Source of the DNA: Fidelibacterota bacterium
Lineage (GTDB): Bacteria; Fidelibacterota; Marinisomatia; Marinisomatales; Marinisomataceae
Assembly (NCBI GenBank): GCA_965212055.1
Contig: OZ243041.1
Span: 768,001-832,000 of the forward strand
Direction of reading: 5' to 3'
DNA length: 64,000 bases
The notes below the pieces were generated by a model. The model was not told the DNA's origin and did no database searches. It was given only the letters and a program-made list of their open reading frames with translations. Positions 9,774 through 20,341 of the stretch are shown piece after piece; position 1 is the first letter of the stretch, and the number at the start of each line of letters is the position of its first letter. Position numbers and translations under genes: made by a program.

Positions 9774-10470
9774 TGTTTTGTAATTTAATAATCTCTTTTT
9801 TAATAGAATTAGTAATATTTTTGCGATCTTCATATTGTTTATTTTCTGTAATAATAGGTTTACCAAAATTGACGACTATTTTGTTAGAATTTTTTCTAAA
9901 ATTTTTTGTATTCCACCAATCAAAAGAACCCATAATATAAACTGGAATAATAGGCAATCCTGTATTAATTGATAATACAGCTGCTCCCTTCTTAAAACTT
10001 TTTAATTGATTCAAATTTGATCGTGTTCCTTCTGGAAAAACCACAACTGATCTCGGGGTATTTTTAATATCAGATTTTAATTCATCTAACGAATCAATAG
10101 CATCATTAGTATTGTCACGATTTACAAATATAGAACCTGAGATACTTAAGATTGATTTAAAGATTGGAATTCTTTCTAATTCTTTTTTTGCAACAAAAAC
10201 CAAATATTTATTTACAGCTACAAAAAGTACTGGAAAATCCATAAATGATGAATGATTCGGTGCAAAAATATAGTTTTTATTATCCTTTATATTTTTCTTT
10301 CCTCTTATTTCTAGTTGAACTCCTGAGGTTTTAATCAACATTTCTGACCATTTTATGCTATAATATTTAAAATTATTTTTATTATTTGATAGTTTGATAG
10401 AAATAATTGAACCTATACCCAAAAAGAAGGTCCAAAAAAAGACATTAAGACTAATCCAAATTCTTCTCAA
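9763..10470 (-). CDS. plsC: 1-acyl-sn-glycerol-3-phosphate acyltransferase
   Basis: NHSSFMD (HxxxxD), FPEGTRS, FKKG motifs. Confidence 0.88.
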   Translation of the reverse strand: MRRIWISLNVFFWTFFLGIGSIISIKLSNNKNNFKYYSIKWSEMLIKTSGVQLEIRGKKNIKDNKNYIFAPNHSSFMDFPVLFVAVNKYLVFVAKKELERIPIFKSILSISGSIFVNRDNTNDAIDSLDELKSDIKNTPRSVVVFPEGTRSNLNQLKSFKKGAAVLSINTGLPIIPVYIMGSFDWWNTKNFRKNSNKIVVNFGKPIITENKQYEDRKNITNSIKKEIIKLQNNES

Positions 10471-11736
10471 TTATTTAATCTCCGCTAACCCAGTATAAGG
10501 CTGCAAAGATGATGGTATGCTAATTGAACCATCTTTCGTTTGGTGTGTTTCAAGTAAAGCTGCAAGAACTCTTGGTGTTGCAAGACCAGATCCATTTAAA
10601 GTATGAACATAATTAATCTTATTATTTTCATCCCTAAATTTGATATTCCCTCTTCTGGCTTGAAAATCTTCAAAATTGCTACAAGATGAAACTTCCAACC
10701 ATTTTTTTTCTCCTGGAGCCCATACTTCTAAATCATAACACTTCGAAGCTGCAAAACTTAAATCTCCACTACATAATTCAACAATCCTATAATCTAAATC
10801 TAGCATATCTAAAATCTTTGCTGCTTGTTTAGTTAAACTTTCTAATTCTGAATATGAATCTTTAGGATGAACAAATTTTACTAATTCTACCTTGTTAAAT
10901 TGGTGTACTCTCAACAATCCCCTAGTATCTTTACCATAAGAACCTGCTTCTCTTCTAAAACAACCTGAGTATGCCAAATAATATTTTGGTAAATCAGATA
11001 AATTTAATATTTCATCTTTATGTATATTAGTCAATGGCACTTCAGCAGTAGGAATTAAGTATAAATCATCTTTTTCTATATGATACATATCTTCACCAAA
11101 TTTTGGTAACTGACCAGTTGTATTTGCAGAACTTGGTTTTACTAAGAAAGGAGGACAAATTTCAGTATAGTCATAATTTTTTAAATTATAATCTATCATA
11201 AAGTTAATAAGTGCACGCTCAAGCAAAGCTCCATTTCCTTTATATAAAGGAAAGCCTGTACCACTAATCTTTGCGCCTATTTCAAAATCTATCAAATCTA
11301 GATTTTTAACAATCTCAACGTGGCTTTTTGGTTTGAATTTTAATTCTTTTTTCGAAGAACATTCTTTGGAAATAACATTGTCAATAGGAGATTCTCCAAT
11401 TGGTACAGATTTGTGTGGCATATTTGGAATCTGAAGAAGCATATCTCTAAGTTGTTGAGACTTAGTACGTTGTTCATTTTCTAATTCTTTTATTGTATTA
11501 GATAATTTTTTTAAATCTTCAAATACTGATTTATCAGCACTCTTTTTAGATTTTAATTTTCCAATTTCTTTTGATTTTTTATTCTGTTTTGATTGAAGAT
11601 CATTAAGCTTTTTAGTCAAATCTCTAAGTTCAGAATCAGATTTAACAATATTGTCTAAACTAATAGACTTATCTTTCTTTGATAATTCTTTTGTAACAGA
11701 AGATTTATCATCACGAATTTTCTCTATGGATATCAT
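10471..11736 (-). CDS. serS: Serine--tRNA ligase
   Basis: N-terminal coiled coil, LIPTAEV, FRREAG, EVSSCSN, HTLNGSGLA. Confidence 0.97.
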   Translation of the reverse strand: MISIEKIRDDKSSVTKELSKKDKSISLDNIVKSDSELRDLTKKLNDLQSKQNKKSKEIGKLKSKKSADKSVFEDLKKLSNTIKELENEQRTKSQQLRDMLLQIPNMPHKSVPIGESPIDNVISKECSSKKELKFKPKSHVEIVKNLDLIDFEIGAKISGTGFPLYKGNGALLERALINFMIDYNLKNYDYTEICPPFLVKPSSANTTGQLPKFGEDMYHIEKDDLYLIPTAEVPLTNIHKDEILNLSDLPKYYLAYSGCFRREAGSYGKDTRGLLRVHQFNKVELVKFVHPKDSYSELESLTKQAAKILDMLDLDYRIVELCSGDLSFAASKCYDLEVWAPGEKKWLEVSSCSNFEDFQARRGNIKFRDENNKINYVHTLNGSGLATPRVLAALLETHQTKDGSISIPSSLQPYTGLAEIK

Positions 11737-11739
11737 TTG

Positions 11740-12960
11740 CTATAATTTACTTAATTCTTCTACAATATTAACACTTATCGTTTCAAGTATAAAATCGTTT
11801 TCATCAATAATTTCTATCTTATAACTACCAAAATTATCAATATTAAATTGGCTAAAATAATAATCTGATATTGGATTGAAATAGAGTTTTTTATCGTACA
11901 AATATCTATCATCAATAGAAATTTTTGCAGTAAATATCTTTTTTTCTAAGTCAATGCGATTTGAGAATCCATAAATAAATACTTTATCATTTATTTTATG
12001 ATGTTCGCTCCCTAAAAAAAAATTGTAACGTAATTTCTTATTTTCTAATGCCCACTTCAAAGATTTATCAAAATAATCATTTTTTTCATTGAAAAAATCT
12101 TCATAAAAATTTGCATTATTAATTAGAACAGATTTAAACTGATTTTTCTCGAAAAAAGTTCTTTTTGATATATTAGCTATATCCCCTTCAGAATCAATTT
12201 CAACTCCAAAAAGTGGAGATAATTTAATTAAAGAATCAAAATTTTGATTATTACCAATAGAAAGAATTAAGGCAGTATTTTGAGAATAAATTTTTCTAAC
12301 AAATAATTCTAACCATTTATCTGATATAATATGATTTGGAAAATTATCAAAAATAACTAAATCATATTTTTTAAACCAAAAATCTTTGAAATCATGAATC
12401 CCCGTTTCGAAATCAGGTATAAAATGATCAAAATCATTTGCAACATGACTAATAATAGCCATTGAATTAAAATTCAAGTTACCACTAATAATTGCAATCT
12501 TTGGATTGTCTGACTCTAAGCTTACATTAAAGCTATACCTATTATTTGCAATATTGTCTTCAAGCTTCAAGCTAGAAACTTTGACATCGAACTTTGATTT
12601 AAAATCAATATTATCCTTTAATAAAAATGATTGGAAATAAACTTTTTGGTTAGATTTCAAACTAATCTGGTCTGAACCAATAAGATTATTGGCATTTGAA
12701 AGACTGACCTGAACAGTTTCATCTCCATTGATGTTTTGGATTTCAATATCAATATATATTGATTTTTGATCAGATCTGTTAGGATAGACAATAATATTTT
12801 TTATTGCTAAATCGGTGATTATATCCTCTGAAACTATTTCATTTTCTACTACAATATCTTTATCAATATCTGAATCATCAATAGAATTATTGATTATAGA
12901 ATCAACAAAAAATATTGTTAGCAGAATAAACAGAAATAAATAGATATTATTTTTTCTCAT
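11740..12960 (-). CDS. Hypothetical membrane-anchored protein (CARDB/Ig-like plus GATase-like segments)
   Basis: Long co-oriented ORF with N-terminal TM; DLAIKNI...EDNIANN resembles CARDB, YDLVIFDNFP resembles GATase-like domains. Confidence 0.5.
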   Translation of the reverse strand: MRKNNIYLFLFILLTIFFVDSIINNSIDDSDIDKDIVVENEIVSEDIITDLAIKNIIVYPNRSDQKSIYIDIEIQNINGDETVQVSLSNANNLIGSDQISLKSNQKVYFQSFLLKDNIDFKSKFDVKVSSLKLEDNIANNRYSFNVSLESDNPKIAIISGNLNFNSMAIISHVANDFDHFIPDFETGIHDFKDFWFKKYDLVIFDNFPNHIISDKWLELFVRKIYSQNTALILSIGNNQNFDSLIKLSPLFGVEIDSEGDIANISKRTFFEKNQFKSVLINNANFYEDFFNEKNDYFDKSLKWALENKKLRYNFFLGSEHHKINDKVFIYGFSNRIDLEKKIFTAKISIDDRYLYDKKLYFNPISDYYFSQFNIDNFGSYKIEIIDENDFILETISVNIVEELSKL

Positions 12961-12962
12961 TT

Positions 12963-13943
12963 TTATAATACTATCCCTCTTGAATAAGCAGAAAAGTCTA
13001 TTCCTGTTTTAACAGACTTAGTATTTATTTTTTTCTCTCCTAAAAATGCAATCATATCTGCATTATCAGTACAATATTTTAGGGAAGGAAAAAGGATCGT
13101 TTTATCCAATTGTTTTAGTTTCTCTCTTAATCTTTTGTTTGCTGCAACTCCACCACAAATAATACCAGTATCAATTTTAAAATCATCCATAGCTTTATTT
13201 AATTTAATCACTAAAGTATCTACAATAGCTTCTTGGTAACTAGCAGCAACATCATTTGGTGAATATTTATCATTCTTTTTTATATAATTAATCAAAGCAG
13301 TTTTCAAACCACTAAAACTAAAATTATAACTTTTATGATGTATCATAGGACGAGGAAAATCAATCAACTTATGATTTCCACCTTTTGATAACTTTTCTAT
13401 CTCTGGACCACCAGGATAATCTAGACCCAATGTCTTTGATCCTTTATCAAATGCTTCTCCACATGCATCATCCAAAGTTTCTCCTAAAAGATTATATTTA
13501 GAATTAGATTGAACTATCCAAAGCTGTGTATGCCCACCTGAAACAAGTAAATTAATAAAAGGAGGTTTTATTGAATCGCCAAATTCAATAAATACAGAAT
13601 TAAGATGTGCTTCAAGATGATTAATAGGAATTATTGGAATATTCAATCCTTGAGATAATCCTTTTGCAAAAGAAACTCCAGATAATAAAGAACCCATTAA
13701 TCCTGGACCATTAGTTACAGCAATAGCATCCAAATCAGAATAGTTTAATTTAGATTCTTTTAGAACTCGTTTAGCAATTTGAGGTAAAAATTTTTCATGT
13801 TCTCTTGATGCAATTTCAGGAACAACTCCTCCATATTTCTTGTGTATATATTGGGTTTTATTATAACTGGCAAGAATTTTGTAGTTATCACAAATTGCTA
13901 CACCAGTTTCATCGCAAGATGTTTCTATTCCAAGAATAATCAA
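12963..13943 (-). CDS. tsaD: tRNA N6-adenosine threonylcarbamoyltransferase
   Basis: LGIETSCDET, GGVVPEIASREH, HLEAH, VSGGHT, GEAFDK, CTDNA. Confidence 0.97.
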   Translation of the reverse strand: MIILGIETSCDETGVAICDNYKILASYNKTQYIHKKYGGVVPEIASREHEKFLPQIAKRVLKESKLNYSDLDAIAVTNGPGLMGSLLSGVSFAKGLSQGLNIPIIPINHLEAHLNSVFIEFGDSIKPPFINLLVSGGHTQLWIVQSNSKYNLLGETLDDACGEAFDKGSKTLGLDYPGGPEIEKLSKGGNHKLIDFPRPMIHHKSYNFSFSGLKTALINYIKKNDKYSPNDVAASYQEAIVDTLVIKLNKAMDDFKIDTGIICGGVAANKRLREKLKQLDKTILFPSLKYCTDNADMIAFLGEKKINTKSVKTGIDFSAYSRGIVL

Positions 13944-14938
13944 TTTTCTTTGATTGGTTCTTCCCTATCAACAACAAGAATTTCTAAATTATTTGGAGTC
14001 AAATTTTCCCATTTAGAAATATTATCAGGAATTTTAACACTAGGAGAATAAAACTGTTTTTCAACATTCCAATCTTTAAAATCAATTGTAACTAAAATAT
14101 CTTCAGGAAGAATATTTGCAACCGCATCGAGTCCTCCAACTACAGTTAAAGATACTTGATTAGGTTTCACAAAAACCTCAACATCATCTGGTTTATTAAG
14201 AAGTTGTACTGGGATACTTGTAACATTTTCTTCGGTAATAGGCTGAATATTAATATATCCTTGAACTTTCTTTGGATCAAAATCAACTAATTTATTTGGA
14301 TTAATAATTGATAATTCTGCCTCTATTGATGCCATTAGGTTTAATAAAGTATCTTTTTGAGTTTTCACAAATTTAATACTATTGACAATTTCTTGCGGTC
14401 CACCGATATTAATAGAGTTTGGAACAAAACTTTCATCGCCAACTTGTATATATCCTGATTCTGTTGAAATAAATACTTGTGATTGAATTGGTACTTTTTT
14501 TACCAAATATTGATCTAAATTAATCACAATATTTTTTGGAGAAACAACTTCTACGAATTGTAAACCCAAAGAAACTGGTAAAACTATCTTTGTTGGATTA
14601 TCTCGATAATATTCATTTAAATTAAAATTATATTGATCAGCAATACTACTTAAATCAATAATTGCTTTATAATCATCATAGAAATTTTTAAACAATGCAA
14701 GCCATATAAATGATCTACCAGATCCTCTGATTGTAACAATAATATCCTTTGGAACTTCTTCTTTATATGTTTTTTGTTCTTGTAAATTTCTTGCAACCAG
14801 AGGAATTTTTTGTGTTACCAGATAATCATCTTCACTCTTAATAAAAAACCAGAAAATAAATGCTATAAGAACAGAATAAGATATTCTTCTTAATTGAGGT
14901 ACGTTAGTATCTTTTGATTTGGGTGTATTAATCTTCAT
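13940..14938 (-). CDS. YbbR/CdaR-like domain protein
   Basis: N-terminal TM (SVLIAFIFWFF) followed by repeated P..V.V.G beta domains typical of YbbR. Confidence 0.7.
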   Translation of the reverse strand: MKINTPKSKDTNVPQLRRISYSVLIAFIFWFFIKSEDDYLVTQKIPLVARNLQEQKTYKEEVPKDIIVTIRGSGRSFIWLALFKNFYDDYKAIIDLSSIADQYNFNLNEYYRDNPTKIVLPVSLGLQFVEVVSPKNIVINLDQYLVKKVPIQSQVFISTESGYIQVGDESFVPNSINIGGPQEIVNSIKFVKTQKDTLLNLMASIEAELSIINPNKLVDFDPKKVQGYINIQPITEENVTSIPVQLLNKPDDVEVFVKPNQVSLTVVGGLDAVANILPEDILVTIDFKDWNVEKQFYSPSVKIPDNISKWENLTPNNLEILVVDREEPIKEN

Positions 14939-16676
14939 CAGGTTGATTAAGCATCAAGATAACTTTTTTATCTTTTTCTTCAACTTCAACAACTAGTAAA
15001 TCAACAAGTTCCCCTTGCTTGATTGATGATAAGTAATTTTTTCTTAATTTTTTTGAAATCTTATCTACTGGAACAAAACCTTCAATATCATTCTCAAGAC
15101 TAATAACCATTCCAGAATCGGTTAAATTATTAAAAGTTCCTTTAATTTCTTGTCCAGACAAATACTGTTTTTTTATTTCAGGCCAAGGATTCTCTGTCAT
15201 TTGTTTCATACCTAAGAATATTTTTCTATCCTTATCTGAAATTTCTAATATAATTAATTCAACATTATCCTCTTTTTTAACAAATTCTTTTGCATGAGCA
15301 ATATTTTTTGTCCAGTGAAAATCTGTATTTCTTATAAAGCCTTCAATGTTGTCTCCCAAATTAACATATGCACCAAATTTGGTAATATTATTAATTGATC
15401 CTTTAACTTTATCATTGATAGCAAATTGAGATGATACATTCTTCCATGGATCTTCTGTTAATTGTTTAATACCAAGACTAATTTTTTGATCTTCAATATC
15501 AATAGATAATATCTTTGATTCTAACATATCTCCTGTGTTGTATTGTTCAGATAAATTTTCAATATTTTTATTCCATGAAATTTCTGATATGTGCACTAAT
15601 CCTTCTACACCTTTTTCAATTTCAACAAAAATACCGTAGTTCATAATGCTCACAATTTTACCTGATATAATATCACCAACATTATGTTGATCAGGAATTA
15701 ATTTCCAGGGGTTATCAGTCAATTGTTTGATACCAAGAGAAATTCTTGATGTTTCTTTATTATAATCAATAACTTGTACGTCAACTTTGTCTCCAACTGA
15801 TACAACTTCAGATGGATGATTAATTCTTCCCCATGAAAAATCAGTAATATGTATTAACCCATCTATACCACCTAAATCAATAAAAGCACCAAAATCGGTA
15901 ATATTTTTAACTATACCAGAGATTCTTCCATCAACTTTAATTTGATCCATAATTTCTTGTCTTTTTTCATTTAAAGATTCTTGAAGTATAGCTTTTCTTG
16001 AGACAACAAGATTTTTTCTTAATTCATCAACTTTTACAATCTGAAAATCAAATTCTTTATTTAAAAAATCATCAAAATTCTTTACCGGCTGAACATCAAC
16101 TTGAGATCCAGGGAGAAAAGCCTGGATTACATCAAGATCAACTACAAGACCACCTTTAACTCTTTTAATAATTTTTCCTTTAACAGGTTTGGCATTATCA
16201 CAAAATTCTCTTAGCTGATCCCATCTTTTAATAAAATCAGCTTTATATTTTGAAAGCGTTATATTTCCATCAGTATCTTCAAATTTTTCAAGAAAAATAT
16301 CAATCTGAGAACCAATCTCAGGTAAGTCTTTATTATTAAATTCTGATCTGTTAATTAGTCCCTCAGATTTAAAACCTATATCAACCATAATATCATTTTC
16401 ACTAATTCCAATTACTTTTGCTGATATAATTTGATTTTCAGAGATATCTTTAAAAGTATTTTCATATTCACTTAAACCAGATTTGTCTAAACTACCAACT
16501 TCTTCATCATCTTCTTTACCAGAAATTATTTTTATATCACTAAATAAATCTTTACTTAGATAATCTTTAATCTTTTTAGTGGTAGTTTCTTTGATTTCTA
16601 CTAAATCACTATCAACATCTGCAACCAGTTCTTCTGTTTTCACATCTTCTAGGTTTTGATCTAACTTTTCATTCAT
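14928..16676 (-). CDS. rpsA: 30S ribosomal protein S1
   Basis: Repeated S1 domains (VDIGFKSEG, AFLPGSQVD, FGAFIDLGGIDGLIHITD); follows cmk. Confidence 0.96.
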   Translation of the reverse strand: MNEKLDQNLEDVKTEELVADVDSDLVEIKETTTKKIKDYLSKDLFSDIKIISGKEDDEEVGSLDKSGLSEYENTFKDISENQIISAKVIGISENDIMVDIGFKSEGLINRSEFNNKDLPEIGSQIDIFLEKFEDTDGNITLSKYKADFIKRWDQLREFCDNAKPVKGKIIKRVKGGLVVDLDVIQAFLPGSQVDVQPVKNFDDFLNKEFDFQIVKVDELRKNLVVSRKAILQESLNEKRQEIMDQIKVDGRISGIVKNITDFGAFIDLGGIDGLIHITDFSWGRINHPSEVVSVGDKVDVQVIDYNKETSRISLGIKQLTDNPWKLIPDQHNVGDIISGKIVSIMNYGIFVEIEKGVEGLVHISEISWNKNIENLSEQYNTGDMLESKILSIDIEDQKISLGIKQLTEDPWKNVSSQFAINDKVKGSINNITKFGAYVNLGDNIEGFIRNTDFHWTKNIAHAKEFVKKEDNVELIILEISDKDRKIFLGMKQMTENPWPEIKKQYLSGQEIKGTFNNLTDSGMVISLENDIEGFVPVDKISKKLRKNYLSSIKQGELVDLLVVEVEEKDKKVILMLNQPDED

Positions 16677-16682
16677 ATTTTT

Positions 16683-17342
16683 TTATACTCTTTCAATATA
16701 TTTATATATACTCTCTATTTGTTCATCAATACTACAATTTGATGTATCAATTACTATTGCATCCTCTGCTTTCTTCAGAGGAGAAAGCTTTCTACCTTTA
16801 TCATGTTTATCACGTTTTATTAAATCATTTTTAATGTCAGATAAATCAAGTTTTTCGTTAACATTATCAAAATCTTTTAATCGTCTTTCTGCTCTAATAT
16901 CATAGTCCGCCACCAAAAAGAATTTATATTCTGCATTTGGAAAAACTACAGTACCAATATCTCTTCCTTCAACAACAAAATCACCATTGCTTACAATCTC
17001 TTTTTGTATTCTAACCATTTTTTTTCTCACATCCTCTAAGGCACTGACTTGACTAACCTTATGAGTTACTGCTTTTTTTCTAATATCTTGGCTAATGTCT
17101 TCTCCATCCAACACAATTTTAGTTGGACGATCAATCGGAAAACTAACATCCAACTTTAAAGTATCAAGAGAACTAATTACCATATCTTTTGATTCAATAT
17201 CAATTTGATGCTGAATAAAAAAATAAGTTATCGCTCGATACATAGCACCAGTATCTAGATATCTAAACCCTAACTTTTTTGCCAGTTTTTTAGCAGTTGT
17301 TGTTTTTCCAACTCCTGCAGCTCCATCAATAGTTATAACCAT
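16683..17342 (-). CDS. cmk: Cytidylate kinase
   Basis: IDGAAGVGKTT, LDTGAMYRA, EGRDIGTVVFP. Confidence 0.96.
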   Translation of the reverse strand: MVITIDGAAGVGKTTTAKKLAKKLGFRYLDTGAMYRAITYFFIQHQIDIESKDMVISSLDTLKLDVSFPIDRPTKIVLDGEDISQDIRKKAVTHKVSQVSALEDVRKKMVRIQKEIVSNGDFVVEGRDIGTVVFPNAEYKFFLVADYDIRAERRLKDFDNVNEKLDLSDIKNDLIKRDKHDKGRKLSPLKKAEDAIVIDTSNCSIDEQIESIYKYIERV

Positions 17343-17400
17343 AAAATTGCTCAGAAAGTTAGTCTTACTTTAAATAAATGCCAACATTTTTAAAATGTTC

Positions 17401-18114
17401 TCATTTTAGACGAACTTTTTTGAAATATTCTTTTTCTTTTTTTGTTAATTCTCTCCAAAAACCTTCCTTTAAATCTCCTAAAGCAATATCTCCAAACTTA
17501 ACTCTTTTTAAAGAAAGTAATTTTATATTGGAAAACTTTAATATTCTCCTAATTTCATTCTTTTTTCCCTGTCTTAAGATCATTTTAATATGAAATTTAT
17601 TTTTCACTTTTTTCTGAGACAATATTTCTGCTTTTCCTTTCTCTCCAGACCCAATAAAAATACCCTTTTTAATCTTTTTCACTTGTGATTCTTGTATTCG
17701 CGTTGTTGTTTCAGCAATATATTCTTTAGAAACTTTATTTTTTGGATGTGTTAAAAATTGAGATAGATTCCCATCACTAGTTAACAAAATTATACCCGTT
17801 GTATTTTTATCTAATCTTCCAATATAATTGAGAGTAAATTTCTTTGGAATTAAATCAAAGATTGTTTTTCTATCTAATTCATCACTTCTAGAACAAATGA
17901 ATCCTTTTGGTTTATGGAGTACAATTGTTTCAGATTTTCTTCTGAACTTGATTTTTTGTCCATCAAGTCTCACTATATCTTTTTCAGGATTTATATAGAC
18001 AAAAGGATCCATCTCAACAATATTGTTTACTGTAACAAGGGCTGATTTTATAGACTCTTGGGATTTTCTCCTAGATAAAAGACCAGAAGAAGCAACAAAT
18101 TTAAATAATTTCAC
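17401..18114 (-). CDS. rluB: rRNA pseudouridine synthase (RluB/RsuA family)
   Basis: S4 domain, HKPKG, GRLD catalytic Asp; follows scpB. Confidence 0.82.
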   Translation of the reverse strand: MKLFKFVASSGLLSRRKSQESIKSALVTVNNIVEMDPFVYINPEKDIVRLDGQKIKFRRKSETIVLHKPKGFICSRSDELDRKTIFDLIPKKFTLNYIGRLDKNTTGIILLTSDGNLSQFLTHPKNKVSKEYIAETTTRIQESQVKKIKKGIFIGSGEKGKAEILSQKKVKNKFHIKMILRQGKKNEIRRILKFSNIKLLSLKRVKFGDIALGDLKEGFWRELTKKEKEYFKKVRLK

Positions 18115-18646
18115 TACTGATTTTATCCTCTTGAGAATCGACTATTTCAGAAATTTCATTATGTTTTGGCATATCAGATAAATTCTCTAGACCAAAATGT
18201 TTCAAATATTCTTCGGTAGTGCAATATAACAAAGCTCTTCCAGGACTATCATCTCTTCCTTTTATTTTAATTAATTTCTTTGTGAGTAGATTTTTTATTA
18301 CACCTTTACAATCAACCCCTCTTATTGATTCGATTTCTAACCTATTAATTGGCTGTTTATAAGCAATGATAGCCAATACTTCTAACCCAGCATTCGATAA
18401 AATTAACTTTTTACCAGGTAATATCTTTGAAATAAATGGTTCAAAATCTTTTTTGCTCACGAGCATATATCCACCACCTACTTTCGAAATTTGAAAAGCA
18501 TTGTCTGTATATTTTTGATTGAGTTTCTCAACTATATCATCCAAAGACGGAGTATTACCATTATCAAATACTTTTTTAAGATCGGATTGTTTCAGTGGCT
18601 GAGAAAGAACAAATAATAATGATTCAATAATTAATTCATCATTCAT
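18101..18646 (-). CDS. scpB: SMC-Scp complex subunit ScpB
   Basis: LEVLAIIAYKQPI, IESIRGV, PGRALLY.TT..YL.HFGL. Confidence 0.95.
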   Translation of the reverse strand: MNDELIIESLLFVLSQPLKQSDLKKVFDNGNTPSLDDIVEKLNQKYTDNAFQISKVGGGYMLVSKKDFEPFISKILPGKKLILSNAGLEVLAIIAYKQPINRLEIESIRGVDCKGVIKNLLTKKLIKIKGRDDSPGRALLYCTTEEYLKHFGLENLSDMPKHNEISEIVDSQEDKISSEII

Positions 18647-19371
18647 TATGCTTCAGCACCAATATTTAATTTTATGTTAATTTGACCAAAAGCATCCTTT
18701 TGTTTACAAACTAATTCTGCTGTTCTAATCATTTCTAATAAAGCTAAAAATGTGACAATAATCTCAAGCTTACTTTTTAATTTTTTTATCAATTTTCCTA
18801 ACGAAAGATTACCTTTCTTATCAAAATTTGCAATTATAAAATTTTTTTGTTCTGTAAGTGATATTTTTTCTCTGTGAATATCTAATGAATCAGTTATAGG
18901 TGCATTTGAAAGTGCTTCTTTAAAAATCTTTGATATATCAAATAATGATACTTCTCTTAAAAATTCATTTGGATTTATTGCTTCCTCTGAAGAATCTATA
19001 TCAATAGGACGATAGAATAAGTCTTTATTGTTATTCTGAATAATTTTCAATTGATTAGCAATTTTTTTAAATGTCTTATACTGTATCAATTGATCTACTA
19101 GATTTACACGAGGATCATCAATATCAAAACCTTCTTCATCTTCTTTTCTTGGTAAAAGCATTCTTGTTTTTAATCGCGTTAATAATGAAGCCATAAAAAC
19201 AAATTCACCTGCTACTGCAATATTTAATTTCTTTGCGTGTTTTATTGTATCAATATATTCTTTTGTAATCTTTGATATAGGAATATCGTAGATATCTATT
19301 TTATCTCTTTTAATAAAATAAAGCAGTAAATCTAGAGGTCCTTCAAAATTATCAAGCTTTACATTAAACAT
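18646..19371 (-). CDS. scpA: Segregation/condensation protein A (kleisin)
   Basis: FEGPLDLLL, DIYDIPI, IVTFLALLEM. Confidence 0.95.
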   Translation of the reverse strand: MFNVKLDNFEGPLDLLLYFIKRDKIDIYDIPISKITKEYIDTIKHAKKLNIAVAGEFVFMASLLTRLKTRMLLPRKEDEEGFDIDDPRVNLVDQLIQYKTFKKIANQLKIIQNNNKDLFYRPIDIDSSEEAINPNEFLREVSLFDISKIFKEALSNAPITDSLDIHREKISLTEQKNFIIANFDKKGNLSLGKLIKKLKSKLEIIVTFLALLEMIRTAELVCKQKDAFGQINIKLNIGAEA

Positions 19372-20340
19372 TTAAAGCATTCCAATTGATTTCTTAACAT
19401 CTTCTAAAGTTTTCGTTGCTACAGCTTTTGCTTTATCTTTTCCTAAGGCCATCAAATCAGAAACATCATCAGGTCTATTTAAATAATCGTCTTTCTGTAA
19501 TCTTTGATCAGCAAAATAATCCATAATACATTGATAGAGTTCATTTTTTATATCTGAATATTTTAGTCCAGGAGTTTGATATCTTTCTTTGAGCTCTTTT
19601 TTCTGATTCTCTGTTAAGAATAGTGAATAAATTTTAAATAATGGAGTATCAATATCTTTTGGCTCATTTAATCCTGAGGAATCAGTAATAATATTCATTA
19701 TTTGTTCTTTTATATATTTATCATCACCAAAAATTGGAATAGTATTATTGTAAGATTTACTCATTTTTTGATCATCAATACCATTAATTATGCTGGCATT
19801 TTTGTCAATATCAATTTCTGGAATAGTGAAGATTTCCTCAAAAGTATTATTAAATTTTAGTGCAATATCTCTGGTCATTTCTAAGTGTTGTTTTTGATCT
19901 TTTCCAACTGGCACAACATCTGATTGAAACAATAAGATATCTGATGCCATCAAAATTGGATAAGAAAATAATCCCATATTCGGCTTTAGACCGCGTCCAA
20001 TCTTATCTTTATAAGATGTAGATCTTTGCATTAAACCAACACTGGTAAAATTAGATAATATCCACGCTAATTCTGTTACTTCTGGAACATGAGATTGAAT
20101 CCAGATGGTAGATTTAGATGGATTAAGACCTAGAGCTAATAGATCGCAAAACGAAACGAATGTATTATCCTCAAGTTTATTTTTATCATTCAGAGAAGTC
20201 AAAGAATGATAGTTAGCAATAAAACAAAATAAATCAGATGATTTTTGAAATTCAATCATACGTTTAATCATTCCAAAGTAATTGCCAATATGTAATAACC
20301 CTGATGGTTGTACGCCACTTAGTATTCTTTTCTTTTTCAT
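19372..20340 (-). CDS. trpS: Tryptophan--tRNA ligase
   Basis: SGVQPSG.LHIGNY, VPVGKDQKQH, KMSKS; likely ATG at 20340. Confidence 0.96.
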   Translation of the reverse strand: MKKKRILSGVQPSGLLHIGNYFGMIKRMIEFQKSSDLFCFIANYHSLTSLNDKNKLEDNTFVSFCDLLALGLNPSKSTIWIQSHVPEVTELAWILSNFTSVGLMQRSTSYKDKIGRGLKPNMGLFSYPILMASDILLFQSDVVPVGKDQKQHLEMTRDIALKFNNTFEEIFTIPEIDIDKNASIINGIDDQKMSKSYNNTIPIFGDDKYIKEQIMNIITDSSGLNEPKDIDTPLFKIYSLFLTENQKKELKERYQTPGLKYSDIKNELYQCIMDYFADQRLQKDDYLNRPDDVSDLMALGKDKAKAVATKTLEDVKKSIGML

Positions 20341-20341
20341 A

